Assembly (NCBI GenBank): GCA_028710495.1
Contig: JAQUST010000007.1
Span: 2,393-66,392, forward strand
DNA length: 64,000 nucleotides
Source: Clostridia bacterium
Lineage (GTDB): Bacteria; Bacillota; Clostridia; Christensenellales; CAG-917
Reading direction: 5' to 3'
The notes under the pieces: generated by a model
Seen by the model: only the letters and a program-made list of their open reading frames with translations
Databases searched by the model: none
Told to the model about the DNA's origin: nothing
Shown here: positions 1 through 10,139 of the stretch, in pieces
Layout: each line of letters starts with the position of its first letter
Position numbering within the stretch: the stretch's first letter is position 1
Translations under genes and position numbers: made by a program

Positions 1-1
1 C

Positions 2-1213
2 GATGACAGGGATTACACGGACTGCAGTAGTTTTGTTGTTTATAACTCCGATTGCGGCTTCATCAGCTATCATCGCAGAAATTGTGGCGGGAGAGGTGTC
101 GCCGGGAATTGCAATCATATCAAGACCAACCGAACAGACTGCGGTCATCGCTTCAAGTTTTTCTATGGTGAGAACGCCGTTTTCGACTGCTTGTATCATT
201 CCGATGTCTTCGCTTACAGGAATAAACGCGCCTGACAAACCTCCGACATATGAGGACGCCATAATCCCGCCTTTTTTGACTGCATCATTGAGCATTGCAA
301 GACACGCAGTAGTACCGTGAGTGCCAACTGTTGATAAGCCCATTTCCTCAAGCACTTCCGCTACGCTGTCATTGCTGATTGGAGTGGGAGCAAGTGATAA
401 GTCAACGATGCCGAACGAAGCGTTTAGCATCGTTGCGGCTTCGCGGGCAACAAGTTCGCCAACGCGGGTGATTTTGAATGCTACATTTTTTATTGCCTCG
501 GACATTGCTGCGCAATCCATCCCATGGACTTTTTCAAGTGCGTGTTTGATAACGCCAGGACCTGAAATGCCAACATTTATGATTGAATCGCCCTCACCAA
601 CGCCGTTGAATGAGCCTGCCATAAACGGGTTGTCCTCGACTGCGTTTGCAAAAACAACGAGTTTGGCGCAGCCAATGCTATTGTTGTCTTGTGTGAGTTG
701 AGCGGTTTTTATGATAATATCGCCAAGAAGCGCGACAGCATCCATATTTATTCCTGTGCGTGTTGTACCGATATTTACTGAGGCGCAAACACGGTCGGTG
801 CGGGCAAGAACTTCGGGAATGGTCATCAGAAAGTCCCGCTCATACTCTGTCATACCTTTTTGCACAAGAGCAGTGTAGCCACCGATAAAATCAACGCAAC
901 ATTCCTTTGCCGCTTTGTCCATAGCCAAAGCTATTTCCAAATATCCTCCACTTGCCGCGCCAATAAGACTTATCGGTGACACAGAAAGCCGTTTGTTGAC
1001 AATAGGAATACCATATTTTGCTTGTATGAAGTCAGCTGTTTGCTTGAGCTTGCCAGCACGAGAAATAAGTTTGTTGTAGACTTTTTGAGCAACAATTTCC
1101 TTGTCATCTGAAATGCAATCAAACAGCGATAAATGCATAGTTATCGTTCTTATGTCAAGATGTTGACTTTTTATCATTTCAATGGTTTGAATTACTTCGG
1201 TTGTATTTATCAT
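2..1213 (-). CDS. UPF0210/DUF711 family protein (C-terminus cut by window edge)
   Basis: Not in the ORF track because it is open at the edge. My minus-strand translation from ATG 1213 reads [30 protein letters not shown]...[13 protein letters not shown]...[21 protein letters not shown]...[13 protein letters not shown]...[14 protein letters not shown], which fits the UPF0210 pattern. GTGAGG SD lies upstream. It sits directly downstream of its usual ACT-domain partner. Confidence 0.8.
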   Translation of the reverse strand, partial: MINTTEVIQTIEMIKSQHLDIRTITMHLSLFDCISDDKEIVAQKVYNKLISRAGKLKQTADFIQAKYGIPIVNKRLSVSPISLIGAASGGYLEIALAMDKAAKECCVDFIGGYTALVQKGMTEYERDFLMTIPEVLARTDRVCASVNIGTTRTGINMDAVALLGDIIIKTAQLTQDNNSIGCAKLVVFANAVEDNPFMAGSFNGVGEGDSIINVGISGPGVIKHALEKVHGMDCAAMSEAIKNVAFKITRVGELVAREAATMLNASFGIVDLSLAPTPISNDSVAEVLEEMGLSTVGTHGTTACLAMLNDAVKKGGIMASSYVGGLSGAFIPVSEDIGMIQAVENGVLTIEKLEAMTAVCSVGLDMIAIPGDTSPATISAMIADEAAIGVINNKTTAVRVIPVI

Positions 1214-1220
1214 AATTGCC

Positions 1221-1490
1221 TCACACCGTGTGCATCGAATTAAAAATATCTTCGTGCTGAATGCGGATATCGAGACCAAGGTCTAAAGCCAAAACCTGAA
1301 GTCGCTCGTTGACGGATTCAATGGTGGTGGTATCTTTCATTTCCACCATCATAATCATCGTGAAATATTTGTTTTGCATAATCGTTTGAGATATATCTTC
1401 AATATTGATTTCCATCTCAAAAAGAGTCATTGCAACTTTTGCGGTTATGCCTTTTTGGTCTTTTCCTAAAACTGATACTATTGCTTTCAT
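1221..1490 (-). CDS. ACT domain-containing protein (UPF0237 family)
   Basis: 89 aa, [25 protein letters not shown]..., typical small ACT protein. GGAGA SD upstream. Stop is 7 nt before the UPF0210 start. Confidence 0.8.
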   Translation of the reverse strand: MKAIVSVLGKDQKGITAKVAMTLFEMEINIEDISQTIMQNKYFTMIMMVEMKDTTTIESVNERLQVLALDLGLDIRIQHEDIFNSMHTV

Positions 1491-1513
1491 TTTTTGTCTC
1501 CATATTATACAAT

Positions 1514-1543
1514 ATTATAGCACTTAAGTAATAAGATTTTCAA
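1514..1543 (-). promoter_or_regulatory. Candidate sigma-A promoter for the ACT/UPF0210 operon
   Basis: Minus strand reads TTGAAA, 18 nt spacer, TGcTATAAT (extended -10), about 25 nt upstream of the ACT start. Confidence 0.5.
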
Positions 1544-1682
1544 GTAAAAAACAAGAACTTAACTGTTATGAATATATTTGTTAGTATTAGTTTTACATAA
1601 GTACATATAAAAAATTATTAAATTAATTGAATAAGCGACTTGAATAACCGACATACAGCTAAAAGATAAAGCATTATGCAAC

Positions 1683-1710
1683 AAAAAAACGCCCCAACTG
1701 GGGGCGTTTT
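1683..1710 (-). terminator. Intrinsic terminator downstream of the 1943..2365 gene
   Basis: CGCCCC / GGGGCG 6-bp GC stem with a 5-nt loop. It has a 7-nt A-run on the + strand (U-run on the minus strand) and 4 T on the + side. Confidence 0.7.
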
Positions 1711-1942
1711 GACAATATCAATAATTTTCGTAAACTACTATTTATTTTAATAATAAGAGAAAAAAATTCTAAAATTTGGGTTGACAAAAGATTTACAATC
1801 ATTAAATCAACCAAATCAAAAACTCTTTAATCAAAATATTATGTTATAAAGTTATCGTGATGATTAAAATAATAAACAAAAGCTAGTAATATTTTGAATT
1901 AGCAAAACCATAGATAATTAAGTCAAATCTTTTTTAGTAGAA

Positions 1943-2365
1943 TTAAAAGATAATGCTGTTATAAAGTTTTAAGCATTCTTCGCTTCCGACATAGACCGCT
2001 TTGCCTCGTAAACGCACGCTGCTGCTACTGTTTTCTTGATTTTCTTTCATATCTTTCATTGCTTGTATTGATTCTTTCATAGTGTTGTAATAAATAACTA
2101 CTCCAGTAGTGGAATGTAAAAGCCCTTGACTACTTTCTGTGATAACAACAATAGAAACTGGCGTGTTTTCACCAAAAATGGTATAGAAATCATTTGTTGA
2201 ACCAGATATTGCAGAAACATTCTCTTTTTCATTTAACATCGAAGTCAAATGTTCTGGCTCTGGAGAAATAAACACTTCCCCCACAAGGAATACCACGCCG
2301 ATTAATATAACAGCGACAAGTGCGAATGAGAATATTTTTGATAACAAACTTTTCTTTTTTGCCAT
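1943..2365 (-). CDS. Hypothetical membrane-anchored protein
   Basis: 140 aa. N-terminal KKK followed by a hydrophobic helix (IFSFALVAVILIGVVFLV), then a small soluble domain. AAAGGGGAA SD upstream. No family recognised. Confidence 0.55.
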   Translation of the reverse strand: MAKKKSLLSKIFSFALVAVILIGVVFLVGEVFISPEPEHLTSMLNEKENVSAISGSTNDFYTIFGENTPVSIVVITESSQGLLHSTTGVVIYYNTMKESIQAMKDMKENQENSSSSVRLRGKAVYVGSEECLKLYNSIIF

Positions 2366-2461
2366 TGTAGTTCCCCTTTTATTGATTTATGATGCAATAA
2401 CTATAATTTCAATTAGTGTAAATATATTATACTATATAATCAACTAGAAGTACATGTTTAT

Positions 2462-2513
2462 ATGTCAAATCGAGAACAACTGGCAAAATGTCAAATCGCG
2501 AATCACTGCCAAA
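2462..2513. repeat. Tandem 26-bp direct repeat x2 (22/26 identical)
   Basis: The two copies are ATGTCAAATCGAGAACAACTGGCAAA and ATGTCAAATCGCGAATCACTGCCAAA. On the minus strand each copy ends in TTGACAT. Confidence 0.9.
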
Positions 2514-2627
2514 GTCGTTTCGGGGCTTCAACAAAATCGCAAGAGGACTAGCTATGGTGGCAAACTGAGAACATATCAGGCGTCGAATATGAAGGCAAAA
2601 CAAAGTAAAAGCAGTGCTAATATAGTA

Positions 2628-2747
2628 GTTGAAAACGGAGTCATAACAAAGTCAATAGACAAGCGGACATCAAAGGCGTTCAATATGGAGTTGAACCAAA
2701 TTCAAAAAGCAGCGGTAATAAGGAGTTGAAAACGGAGTCATAACAAA
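2628..2747. repeat. Perfect 23-bp direct repeat, two copies 97 bp apart
   Basis: GTTGAAAACGGAGTCATAACAAA occurs at 2628-2650 and again at 2725-2747. Confidence 0.9.
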
Positions 2748-2774
2748 ATCCAGTGGAATAATGAATCGACTGCA

Positions 2775-3518
2775 TTATAGTTTTGGAACATAATTGCCCT
2801 TTTTTAACTCATCAAATTTTTCCCCAATCAGCTTTTTTTCTTCTTCAGGCAAATTATTAATATATGTTTCGAAGTGGACTTTACCAAAATTTATTAGTTC
2901 AACGTTGGATTTTTCTGCTAATACTGAAAGTGTCACTTTTTCTCCGTTTTTGCTTGCGATATTTTGTAACACTATAAGCGCATACATTTTATTCACGGAT
3001 GCGTTGTAAGTTTGTGTCATACGCTCAAGCATTAGCGGCTTTATATTTGTTATAATTTTTTCTTTTGCAAAATATGTTTCATAAAAATTTATAAGCTGAG
3101 GATTTATCATATCAAAGATTTCTTTGCTGTTTGCAGAAAAGCAAAGAATACTTAACTCGGTTTGGTCGGCATGAGTGATTTGGACGGTTTGAATGGGTAG
3201 TTCGAATTGAACAGGTTGTTGAGCTTGAACGGGTAGGTCAATGGCTTGAACGGGTAGGTCAACGGCTTGAATAGGTTGTTGCACTTGGACGGCTTGCACG
3301 GGTTGAGATTGACTAGACAAAATAACAAAATTTGGTTTCGCCTGCGTTGTTTCAAGAGAAGTCGAGGCATAGATGATGTCGTCGTGAAGAATCCTTATAT
3401 TTCTTGCTTGAGCAATCTGACACTGTTGTCGTTTTTTGTAGAAAGGTTCTTCAGTCTCAATGAAACAAAATCCCAAAATTATGACAATAATAGACAATAT
3501 AGAAATAAGTTTTTTCAT
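2775..3518 (-). CDS. Hypothetical membrane-anchored protein with tandem PVQA-type repeats
   Basis: 247 aa. N-terminal helix (LISILSIIVIILGFCFI), Q/P/V-rich repeat region (QPVQAVQVQQPIQAVDLPVQAIDLPVQAQQPVQ), and a C-terminal domain of unknown family. Confidence 0.6.
   Translation of the reverse strand: MKKLISILSIIVIILGFCFIETEEPFYKKRQQCQIAQARNIRILHDDIIYASTSLETTQAKPNFVILSSQSQPVQAVQVQQPIQAVDLPVQAIDLPVQAQQPVQFELPIQTVQITHADQTELSILCFSANSKEIFDMINPQLINFYETYFAKEKIITNIKPLMLERMTQTYNASVNKMYALIVLQNIASKNGEKVTLSVLAEKSNVELINFGKVHFETYINNLPEEEKKLIGEKFDELKKGNYVPKL
3223..3285. repeat. 21-bp in-frame tandem repeat inside the CDS (2 good copies and 1 degenerate)
   Basis: GCTTGAACGGGTAGGTCAAtG, GCTTGAACGGGTAGGTCAAcG, then GCTTGAATAGGTTGTTGCACT. 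These encode the (D)LPVQAI heptads. Confidence 0.85.
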
Positions 3519-3590
3519 AATACCTCTTTTCCAACGATATTTCGGATATTTTTATGTTGTGAAAAAACTAGATTTATATGTAAGTATGGG

Positions 3591-3619
3591 TTGCTATTTT
3601 GTTTGGTATTTTGTATAAT
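3591..3619 (+). promoter_or_regulatory. Candidate sigma-A promoter of the transketolase genes
   Basis: TTGCTA, 17 nt spacer, TATAAT. It lies inside the first codons of the track ORF, which argues for the downstream start at 3641. Confidence 0.5.
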
Positions 3620-3640
3620 ACTAATGCTATGGAGGGCAAT

Positions 3641-4468
3641 ATGGAAAACAAAGAACTCTCAAGCCTAACTGAGAAAGCGCGGCAAATTAGAAAAGATGCT
3701 ATAGAAATGATAGGAAGATTCGGCGTAGGTCATATTGGTGGAGTTATGTCAATAATTGAGGCACTCACCACAATTTACTATTATTCGGCGAATATTGACC
3801 CAAAAGTTCCAAGAGCTCAAGGTCGCGATAGAATCATAATGTCAAAGGGTCACGCTGGTCCTGCTGTTTATTCTATTCTTTCAGATTTGGGCTATTTTGA
3901 TAAATCGCTCAACTCAACTCTAAACCAAAACGGGACATCGCTTCCGTCGCATTGTGATATGAACAAAACAGTCGGGATTGATATGACAGCGGGTTCACTC
4001 GGTCAGGGATTGTCTGCAGGCATTGGAATGGCACTCGCGGCAAAGCTTGACAAGAATCCGTGCAATATATATGTAGTTTTGGGGGATGGAGAGAGTCAGG
4101 AAGGTCAAGTTTGGGAGGCGTCAATGCTTGCCGGGAGTAAGAAGCTTTCCAACCTGATAGTTTTGTTGGACAGCAACCGATTGCAACTCGATGGATATGT
4201 CGAAGATATTAACGGTCTTGAACCAATCACAGACAAGTGGCGCGCGTTTAATTTCTTTGTACAGGATGTTGACGGGCACAATATTGAAGAGATCGCTAAT
4301 GCTATCGACAACGCAAAAGCTCAAAATGAAAAACCGAATATGATAGTCCTCCGCACAATAAAAGGCAAAGGCGCTTCGTTTGCAGAAGGTATTTCTGCCT
4401 GCCATAGTATGGCAATAAGCGAAGAAATGTGGCGTAAAGAAGTGTGTAAGGAGGGGAAAAATGACTGA
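3641..4468 (+). CDS. Transketolase, N-terminal subunit
   Basis: GHIGGVMSIIEAL..., MSKGHAGPAVY and GSLGQGLSAGIGMA...VVLGDGESQEG are TPP-binding motifs of split transketolases. Start chosen at MENKEL after a GGAGGG SD; ATG 3629 is an alternative. Confidence 0.9.
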   Translation: MENKELSSLTEKARQIRKDAIEMIGRFGVGHIGGVMSIIEALTTIYYYSANIDPKVPRAQGRDRIIMSKGHAGPAVYSILSDLGYFDKSLNSTLNQNGTSLPSHCDMNKTVGIDMTAGSLGQGLSAGIGMALAAKLDKNPCNIYVVLGDGESQEGQVWEASMLAGSKKLSNLIVLLDSNRLQLDGYVEDINGLEPITDKWRAFNFFVQDVDGHNIEEIANAIDNAKAQNEKPNMIVLRTIKGKGASFAEGISACHSMAISEEMWRKEVCKEGKND

Positions 4469-5402
4469 TGAACTCGAAATGCGACAAGTATATTGCGCAA
4501 AACTTATTGAACTGTCAAAAGCTGATGAAAATATCGTTGTGCTTGAAGCCGACCTTATGAGTGCCAACGGCACGAAAAATTTCTTCAAGGAAGTTCCCGA
4601 GAAAGCATTCAATGTTGGCATTGCTGAAGCAAATATGATTGGTGTTGCGGCTGGTATGGCTACTTTTGGTAAAATTCCTTTCGCAGCGACTTTTGCTCCT
4701 TTTGCGACACGCCGTTGTTACGACCAAATAGCAATCTCCGTAGCTTATTCAAAATTGCCTGTCAAAATTGTCGGAACAGACCCCGGTGTTTGCGCTGAGG
4801 TTAATGGCGGAACTCATATGAGTTTTGAAGATATGGGCATAATGCGCGGTATCTGTGATATGGTATGTTTTGAGCCGACAGATGCAACGATGATGTCAAA
4901 GGCTATGAAGCAAATTGCTTACAATGGCAAACCAACATATGTGAGACTATTCCGCAAGAAAGCTGAAAAAGTTTTTGATGATAGTTTGGATTTTCAACTT
5001 GGCAAAGCGATTGAAATAAAAGATGGAAAGGATGTTACGCTGTTTGCTAGCGGAATTATGGTTGACAGGGCAATAAAAGCTTCTGAATTGCTTGCAAGTG
5101 ATGGAATTAGCGCAAAAGTTGTTAATATCCACACTTGGAAACCGATAGATGAAGAAGCGATAATTTCCTCGGCAAAAGCCACGGGAGCAGTGGTAGTTTG
5201 TGAAAACCACAGCATCAGGAACGGTCTTTCCAGTGCAGTTTCAGAAGTGCTTGTTCAAAACTTCCCAGTGCCCGCAGAGTTTGTAGGAATAAATGAAAGA
5301 TTTGGCGAAGTGGGCAAAAACGCGTACCTATCCGAAAAATTCGGTATTACAACAGAAGATATAGTGAAAGCCGCAAAAAAAGCGGTTTCAAGAAAAGGCT
5401 GA
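4461..5402 (+). CDS. Transketolase, C-terminal subunit
   Basis: 313 aa with FNVGIAEANMIGVAAGMA, the pyrimidine-binding and C-terminal domains. Overlaps the upstream subunit by 8 nt. Confidence 0.9.
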   Translation: MTDELEMRQVYCAKLIELSKADENIVVLEADLMSANGTKNFFKEVPEKAFNVGIAEANMIGVAAGMATFGKIPFAATFAPFATRRCYDQIAISVAYSKLPVKIVGTDPGVCAEVNGGTHMSFEDMGIMRGICDMVCFEPTDATMMSKAMKQIAYNGKPTYVRLFRKKAEKVFDDSLDFQLGKAIEIKDGKDVTLFASGIMVDRAIKASELLASDGISAKVVNIHTWKPIDEEAIISSAKATGAVVVCENHSIRNGLSSAVSEVLVQNFPVPAEFVGINERFGEVGKNAYLSEKFGITTEDIVKAAKKAVSRKG

Positions 5403-5420
5403 CACGGATTTGCATTCAAT

Positions 5421-5454
5421 GCTACCTCACCCGTGTAGTGAGGTAGCTTTTTTT
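5421..5454 (+). terminator. Intrinsic terminator after the transketolase genes
   Basis: GCTACCTCAC / GTGAGGTAGC 10-bp stem, 7-nt loop, then a T7 run. Confidence 0.85.
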
Positions 5455-5574
5455 ACCCCAATAGATTGAGTTGAAAAAACATTCATTTTTTTGGCTTGAC
5501 TTTAATTGTATTATAGTATATTATTGAGAACATTAGTAATAATATAGGGAATAAAATGCCCTAGGAGGTTTACT

Positions 5575-6372
5575 GTGAAAAAGAAAATATTTGAGAAAAT
5601 TCTAGCAATCGGAAGCGCTTTGGTTGCAGTGGTGTTCGTAATAGTTTTGTTGGTAACAATGTTCGGGGGAATAGATGCCGCAGAGTTTAAAAACTCTCTT
5701 GTTCAAGGTTTATTTATTTCACTCGGAATAGTTTATCTACTTCTCTCGGCAGGCTCAATCGCATATCAGTTTGTAGATAGCGATGCTGTCAAGGAAATTG
5801 TCATCAACACTGACAAGCAGACAAGCACAAAAGCGACATCAGGAGTTATAAAAAAACTTGCAAAACAACATATCGCGACAGTTGATGGCGTAAAATGTAC
5901 AAAAGTTGTTATTTCATTGACTGATTACGGCGTTCGTTTGAAGGTCGGCATCAAGGTTGTGGACAAGGAAATCCAACAAGTTGCAGCGGTTTTGAAGTGC
6001 TTGCTTGAAGATGTTTATTATGAAACCTTGGGCTACAAATTTTATGCAATCGATTTCAAAGTCTTATCATTGAAGTCCACTTATGCTTCTGACATGAGCG
6101 ATATCGAAGAAAAAGCGAAGGAAAATGTCGAGGCTCAAAAATTGGCTTGTCAAGAAGATGCTGCAAACAGTGAGGAAAAGATTGAAGAAATCACACAACC
6201 CGCCACTGATGATGTGTTGAATGATAAAGAAGAAGTAGTAGTTGAAAACGAAAAAGATGAAGTTTCTGTTGATAAAGAAGCGAGCGTTGAAACTGCGTCC
6301 GTTAAAAAGAAATTGAAGACTGAAACACCTGAGGTAGAAGAAGCAAAACCCGAAACTCCTGCAGAAGACTAA
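5575..6372 (+). CDS. Membrane-anchored Asp23/AmaP-like protein with an acidic C-terminal tail (function uncertain)
   Basis: GTG start 6 nt after an AGGAGG SD. Two N-terminal hydrophobic helices. The central segment (VDGVKCTKVVISLTDYGVRLKVGIKVVDKEIQQVAAVLKCLLEDV) resembles the Asp23/Gls24 fold pattern. The last ~90 aa are E/D/K-rich. Confidence 0.45.
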   Translation: MKKKIFEKILAIGSALVAVVFVIVLLVTMFGGIDAAEFKNSLVQGLFISLGIVYLLLSAGSIAYQFVDSDAVKEIVINTDKQTSTKATSGVIKKLAKQHIATVDGVKCTKVVISLTDYGVRLKVGIKVVDKEIQQVAAVLKCLLEDVYYETLGYKFYAIDFKVLSLKSTYASDMSDIEEKAKENVEAQKLACQEDAANSEEKIEEITQPATDDVLNDKEEVVVENEKDEVSVDKEASVETASVKKKLKTETPEVEEAKPETPAED

Positions 6373-6433
6373 GTCGTAAATTTGATAGAAAAAGATAAGG
6401 CTGACGCGATATTTCGCGGAAACAGGAGGAGAT

Positions 6434-6901
6434 ATGAAAGAGGTTTTTTTGACAAAAGAAGGCTACGAGGAATTAAAGGTCAAGCTAGATTATTTGATGA
6501 GTGAAAAACGCAAGGAAGTTGCTGAAAAAATCAAAATCGCCCGAGAGTTTGGCGATATTTCTGAAAATGCAGAATATGATGCGGCAAAAGAAGAGCAAGT
6601 TTTTGTTGAACAAGAAATCAAAGACATCGAAGACAAAATCATTCACGCAGTTTTTATTGATGAACAATCGAGCAAAAAAGTTGTCTCAATCGGAAGCACT
6701 GTAAAAGTGCTTGATGTTGAATTCAACGAAGAATTGGATTTCCGCATTGTTGGCACAACAGAAGCGAATGCTGCAGAAAACAAGATTTCAAATGAAGCGC
6801 CGCTTGGTATTGCGCTTATTGGACATAAGAAAAACGATATTATTGATGTTGCCACACCAAACGGTGGTATCGTTGAATATAAGATAATTAGTATTCAATA
6901 G
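6434..6901 (+). CDS. greA: Transcription elongation factor GreA
   Basis: 155 aa, [16 protein letters not shown]...[28 protein letters not shown] upstream. Confidence 0.95.
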   Translation: MKEVFLTKEGYEELKVKLDYLMSEKRKEVAEKIKIAREFGDISENAEYDAAKEEQVFVEQEIKDIEDKIIHAVFIDEQSSKKVVSIGSTVKVLDVEFNEELDFRIVGTTEANAAENKISNEAPLGIALIGHKKNDIIDVATPNGGIVEYKIISIQ

Positions 6902-6908
6902 AGGAAAT

Positions 6909-8405
6909 ATGGACGAAATTAGACAAACACCCGAACAAGAACAGGACATTGCTGAGGTTGTAAAGGTAAGAAAAGAAAAACTTGCAGAACTAATCTCGAG
7001 AGGAAAAAACCCTTTCGAGATTGTTCGTTTTGACCGTAGTGCTAGCACAAAAGACATAGTAAGCAACTATGCCGATTATGATGGCAAAGAAGTCACTATA
7101 GCAGGCAGAATGATGTCAAAACGCATAATGGGCAAAGCAAGCTTTGCAAACTTTATGGACGGAGAAGGCACAATTCAAGGCTATTTTAAGCGTGATGACA
7201 TCGGTTTGGAAGAATATGCAGACTTCAAAAAATTTGATATTGGCGACATCGTAGGTATTTGCGGAACTGTTTTCACAACGCATACAGGTGAGGTTTCTAT
7301 CAATGCAAAAAGTGTAAAGTTGCTTTCAAAATCGTTGCTACCACTTCCGGAGAAGTTCCACGGTTTGACCAATTTGGATTTGAGATACCGTCAACGCTAT
7401 GTTGACCTTATTGCAAACCCTGAAGTCAAGGCTACATTTATTAAGCGCTCAAAAATCGTTTCTGCTATCCGCGAATTCTTAGATGGAGAAGGCTTTTTGG
7501 AAGTCGAAACTCCAGTTTTGAATACTCTTCCCGGAGGCGCAAACGCAAGACCGTTTATCACACATCATAATACTTTGGATATCGATATGTATATGCGTAT
7601 TGCAACAGAGCTTTATTTGAAAATGCTTGTTGTTGGCGGATTCGAAAAGGTTTACGAAATGGGTCGTATATTTCGAAATGAAGGCATGGACACAAAGCAC
7701 AATCCTGAATTCACCACAGTTGAGCTATATCAAGCCTATGTTGATTACAACGAAATGATGGATATCACGGAAAAACTTTTTTGCTATTGTGCAGAGAAAG
7801 TTCTTGGCACTTCAGAAATTTCATATCAAGGCGAGCCTATTTCACTTGGCACTCCTTGGAAGCGCATTACAATGGTTGATGTTGTCAAAGAAAACACAGG
7901 AATAGATTTTGAAAGTGGCGAGCCGCTTGAAGAACTTATCAAGAAAGGAAGAAAAGCGGGCGCAGACTTGAAGATGGATTTGAGTTGGGGTAAGGCACTT
8001 TACGAAGTGTTTGACCAACTGGTCGAAAGCACGCTTGTTGCGCCAACTTTTGTTATTGATTATCCGGTTGAAGTCTCACCTCTCGCAAAGAAAAAGCCTT
8101 CTGACAACCGTTTGACAGAGCGTTTTGAGCTGTTTATCACAGCGCGCGAAATGGCAAATGCATTCTCGGAATTGAATGACCCGATTGATCAAAAAGAACG
8201 CTTTATGGCGCAAATGGCAGAGAGAGCCGCTGGAGATGATGAGGCACAAGTGATGAACGATGACTTCATCAATGCGCTTGAATACGGCCTTCCACCAACA
8301 GGCGGACTTGGTATCGGTATCGACAGAATGGTTATGCTATTGACTGACAGCGCTTCAATTCGTGATGTATTGTTGTTCCCGACTATGAAACCGCTCGCAA
8401 AATAG
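6909..8405 (+). CDS. lysS: Lysine--tRNA ligase (class II)
   Basis: 498 aa with [24 protein letters not shown] and [14 protein letters not shown] motifs. The greA-lysS pairing is typical of Firmicutes. Confidence 0.95.
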   Translation: MDEIRQTPEQEQDIAEVVKVRKEKLAELISRGKNPFEIVRFDRSASTKDIVSNYADYDGKEVTIAGRMMSKRIMGKASFANFMDGEGTIQGYFKRDDIGLEEYADFKKFDIGDIVGICGTVFTTHTGEVSINAKSVKLLSKSLLPLPEKFHGLTNLDLRYRQRYVDLIANPEVKATFIKRSKIVSAIREFLDGEGFLEVETPVLNTLPGGANARPFITHHNTLDIDMYMRIATELYLKMLVVGGFEKVYEMGRIFRNEGMDTKHNPEFTTVELYQAYVDYNEMMDITEKLFCYCAEKVLGTSEISYQGEPISLGTPWKRITMVDVVKENTGIDFESGEPLEELIKKGRKAGADLKMDLSWGKALYEVFDQLVESTLVAPTFVIDYPVEVSPLAKKKPSDNRLTERFELFITAREMANAFSELNDPIDQKERFMAQMAERAAGDDEAQVMNDDFINALEYGLPPTGGLGIGIDRMVMLLTDSASIRDVLLFPTMKPLAK

Positions 8406-8583
8406 AGTTTTGAATCAAAAATTTGAATTGAAAAGCTATAAACAATATAATAAAAAGCTAAAAACAATATATTGTTTTATAATTCATTAGAAAGAATGTA
8501 ATAGTAAATAAATAGTAATAGTATAATTTCTGATTATAAAATCGCTGATTATGAAATAATCTAATAAAAATTATTTTTAACAC

Positions 8584-8621
8584 AAAAATGCTTAGAACCA
8601 AACAAGTTCTAAGCATTTTTT
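8584..8621. terminator. Bidirectional intrinsic terminator (lysS / M1 peptidase)
   Basis: ATGCTTAGAAC / GTTCTAAGCAT 11-bp stem, flanked by an A5 run and a T5-6 run. Confidence 0.85.
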
Positions 8622-8643
8622 GATTTAGTGAGTTTGTGATTTT

Positions 8644-10137
8644 TTATCCTATAATAATCGTGCCGTCAAGCCAACTTTGTATCAAACTGTCTGAGCCCTT
8701 GCAGTAAGTGTTCAAAACATCTATAAGTTTTTGCGGAGTAGCTATTTGATATGAATTATCATTGAAATAAGTGTTTAATGCTTTGTTCAATTTCTTTTCA
8801 CCATACATATCAAGTAATGAAGCGAACATCAACGCGCCTTTATGATAGTTGATAATTACATATTCGCCTTGCGTTGTGAAGTCAGCTAGAGTGCGGTTCA
8901 TATCTGATGATACGTCAGGGTTCTGGGTCTTGAGAAAATCGACGTAAGCAGCGTAGTTTGACAGGGTTTGAGCCATAATCTGTGAATAACGCTCAGGATT
9001 GTTGGTTTGACGGAAGAAATATGCCGTTGAAAACTCAGTTAAGCCCTCGTCAAGCCAAGCGTTTTTGATTTGGTTTCCGCCAACAACACCATACCACCAT
9101 TGATGCGCAGTTTCATGAATTATTGTTTCTTCAAGCGCAGCGTCTTTTAGCGTTGAATTTATAAACACAAGATTTGAATATTCCATTCCGCCTGAATTGA
9201 GCCCGGTTTGCGCTACATTGAAAACTTTGTAAGGGTAGTCACCAAAAGTTTCGGAGAATACTTCAATTGCGCGTTTTGCCGTTGCAAGCGCAACCTGTGG
9301 CGAGGCATCTGATATGTAGCAATAGTTAATGTTGATGCCATTTGTTCTGTCTGAAACGACCTTGAAGTTCTTCGACAAGACAGCCGCAAAATCTCTTGTT
9401 TTGACTGAATTGATTTCCAACGTGCGTCTGCCATTTTCCACATAACTTTCTTCAACAACTCCACTTGAAACAGCCGTGTATGCTTCGGGCATTTCTAAAG
9501 TGACAAGATAATCAGCACTGTCTGAAAAGAAAGGGTCGCCCAAACAATAATACGGATGTGTTTCATATGCGCCATTTTCAAATACACAAAGTGTGGGGTA
9601 GAAATTGCCAAGATTCACCGTGTTGTTTGTCACACCCATTCTACCGTTACATTTTGGTAAAGTGACTGTAAAACATATTTCGATATTCAGAGATTTTCCT
9701 GTTGCAATAGCTGAAATAGGCACTATCAGCAGGTTCTCGTCTTCCCCGCCGATAGTAAATTCCAGTTGCGCTCCCTCAATATTCACACTTTCAATAGAGA
9801 TTCCTCCATAACTTATATCGTCATAATAAACGGCAGCTTTTTCGGAATCCAGGAACGGAGAAAACTTTGCGCCCTCTCTATAGGCAGACGGTGAAAGGTT
9901 GAAAACAAGTTCAGTCAAAGTCTCACTCTCACGATTGATGTAGCATAGCTCCTCACGACAGGTCAGCGTGTTGGTTGTGTCATCGAAGGTCGCCAAAATA
10001 TCGTAGAGAGACAAAACATCGTCGCTAATGCTTTGATTTTTGTTGCACGCAACCAACATTGTGAACATAAGAGTTAGGATAAGTGCGGCAACGATTGCTA
10101 GAACTAAAGTTCGATTCATATATAGTTTCTTTTTCAT
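8644..10137 (-). CDS. M1-family zinc metallopeptidase, predicted lipoprotein
   Basis: HETAHQWWYG followed by WLDEGLTEF (HEXXH-18-E gluzincin signature). N-terminal signal with an LVAC lipobox. ATG 10137 is preferred over the track's TTG 10143. Confidence 0.85.
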   Translation of the reverse strand: MKKKLYMNRTLVLAIVAALILTLMFTMLVACNKNQSISDDVLSLYDILATFDDTTNTLTCREELCYINRESETLTELVFNLSPSAYREGAKFSPFLDSEKAAVYYDDISYGGISIESVNIEGAQLEFTIGGEDENLLIVPISAIATGKSLNIEICFTVTLPKCNGRMGVTNNTVNLGNFYPTLCVFENGAYETHPYYCLGDPFFSDSADYLVTLEMPEAYTAVSSGVVEESYVENGRRTLEINSVKTRDFAAVLSKNFKVVSDRTNGININYCYISDASPQVALATAKRAIEVFSETFGDYPYKVFNVAQTGLNSGGMEYSNLVFINSTLKDAALEETIIHETAHQWWYGVVGGNQIKNAWLDEGLTEFSTAYFFRQTNNPERYSQIMAQTLSNYAAYVDFLKTQNPDVSSDMNRTLADFTTQGEYVIINYHKGALMFASLLDMYGEKKLNKALNTYFNDNSYQIATPQKLIDVLNTYCKGSDSLIQSWLDGTIIIG

Positions 10138-10139
10138 AA

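Noticed and set aside
3-701. Plus-strand ORFs 3..320 and 321..701 from the ORF track
   Set aside because: Their translations are low-complexity (A/S/I/T-rich), and they lie antisense to a clearly recognisable UPF0210 gene that reads through this region on the minus strand.
2454-2729. 91-aa basic ORF in the repeat-rich spacer, also considered as a possible SRP, 6S or tmRNA-type RNA gene
   Set aside because: There is no SD and no recognisable family, and the internal 23-bp repeat is read in two different frames. I also could not find SRP domain IV, tmRNA or 6S hallmark motifs. It is kept only as an unexplained region in the findings.
8462-8477. AAACAATATATTGTTT palindrome, a 14/16 match to the NrdR box consensus
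   Set aside because: It lies in a convergent terminator spacer (lysS / M1 peptidase) with no promoter or nrd gene to regulate and no partner box at 31-32 bp. It is most likely a chance AT-rich palindrome, and it tempers confidence in the nrdD boxes.
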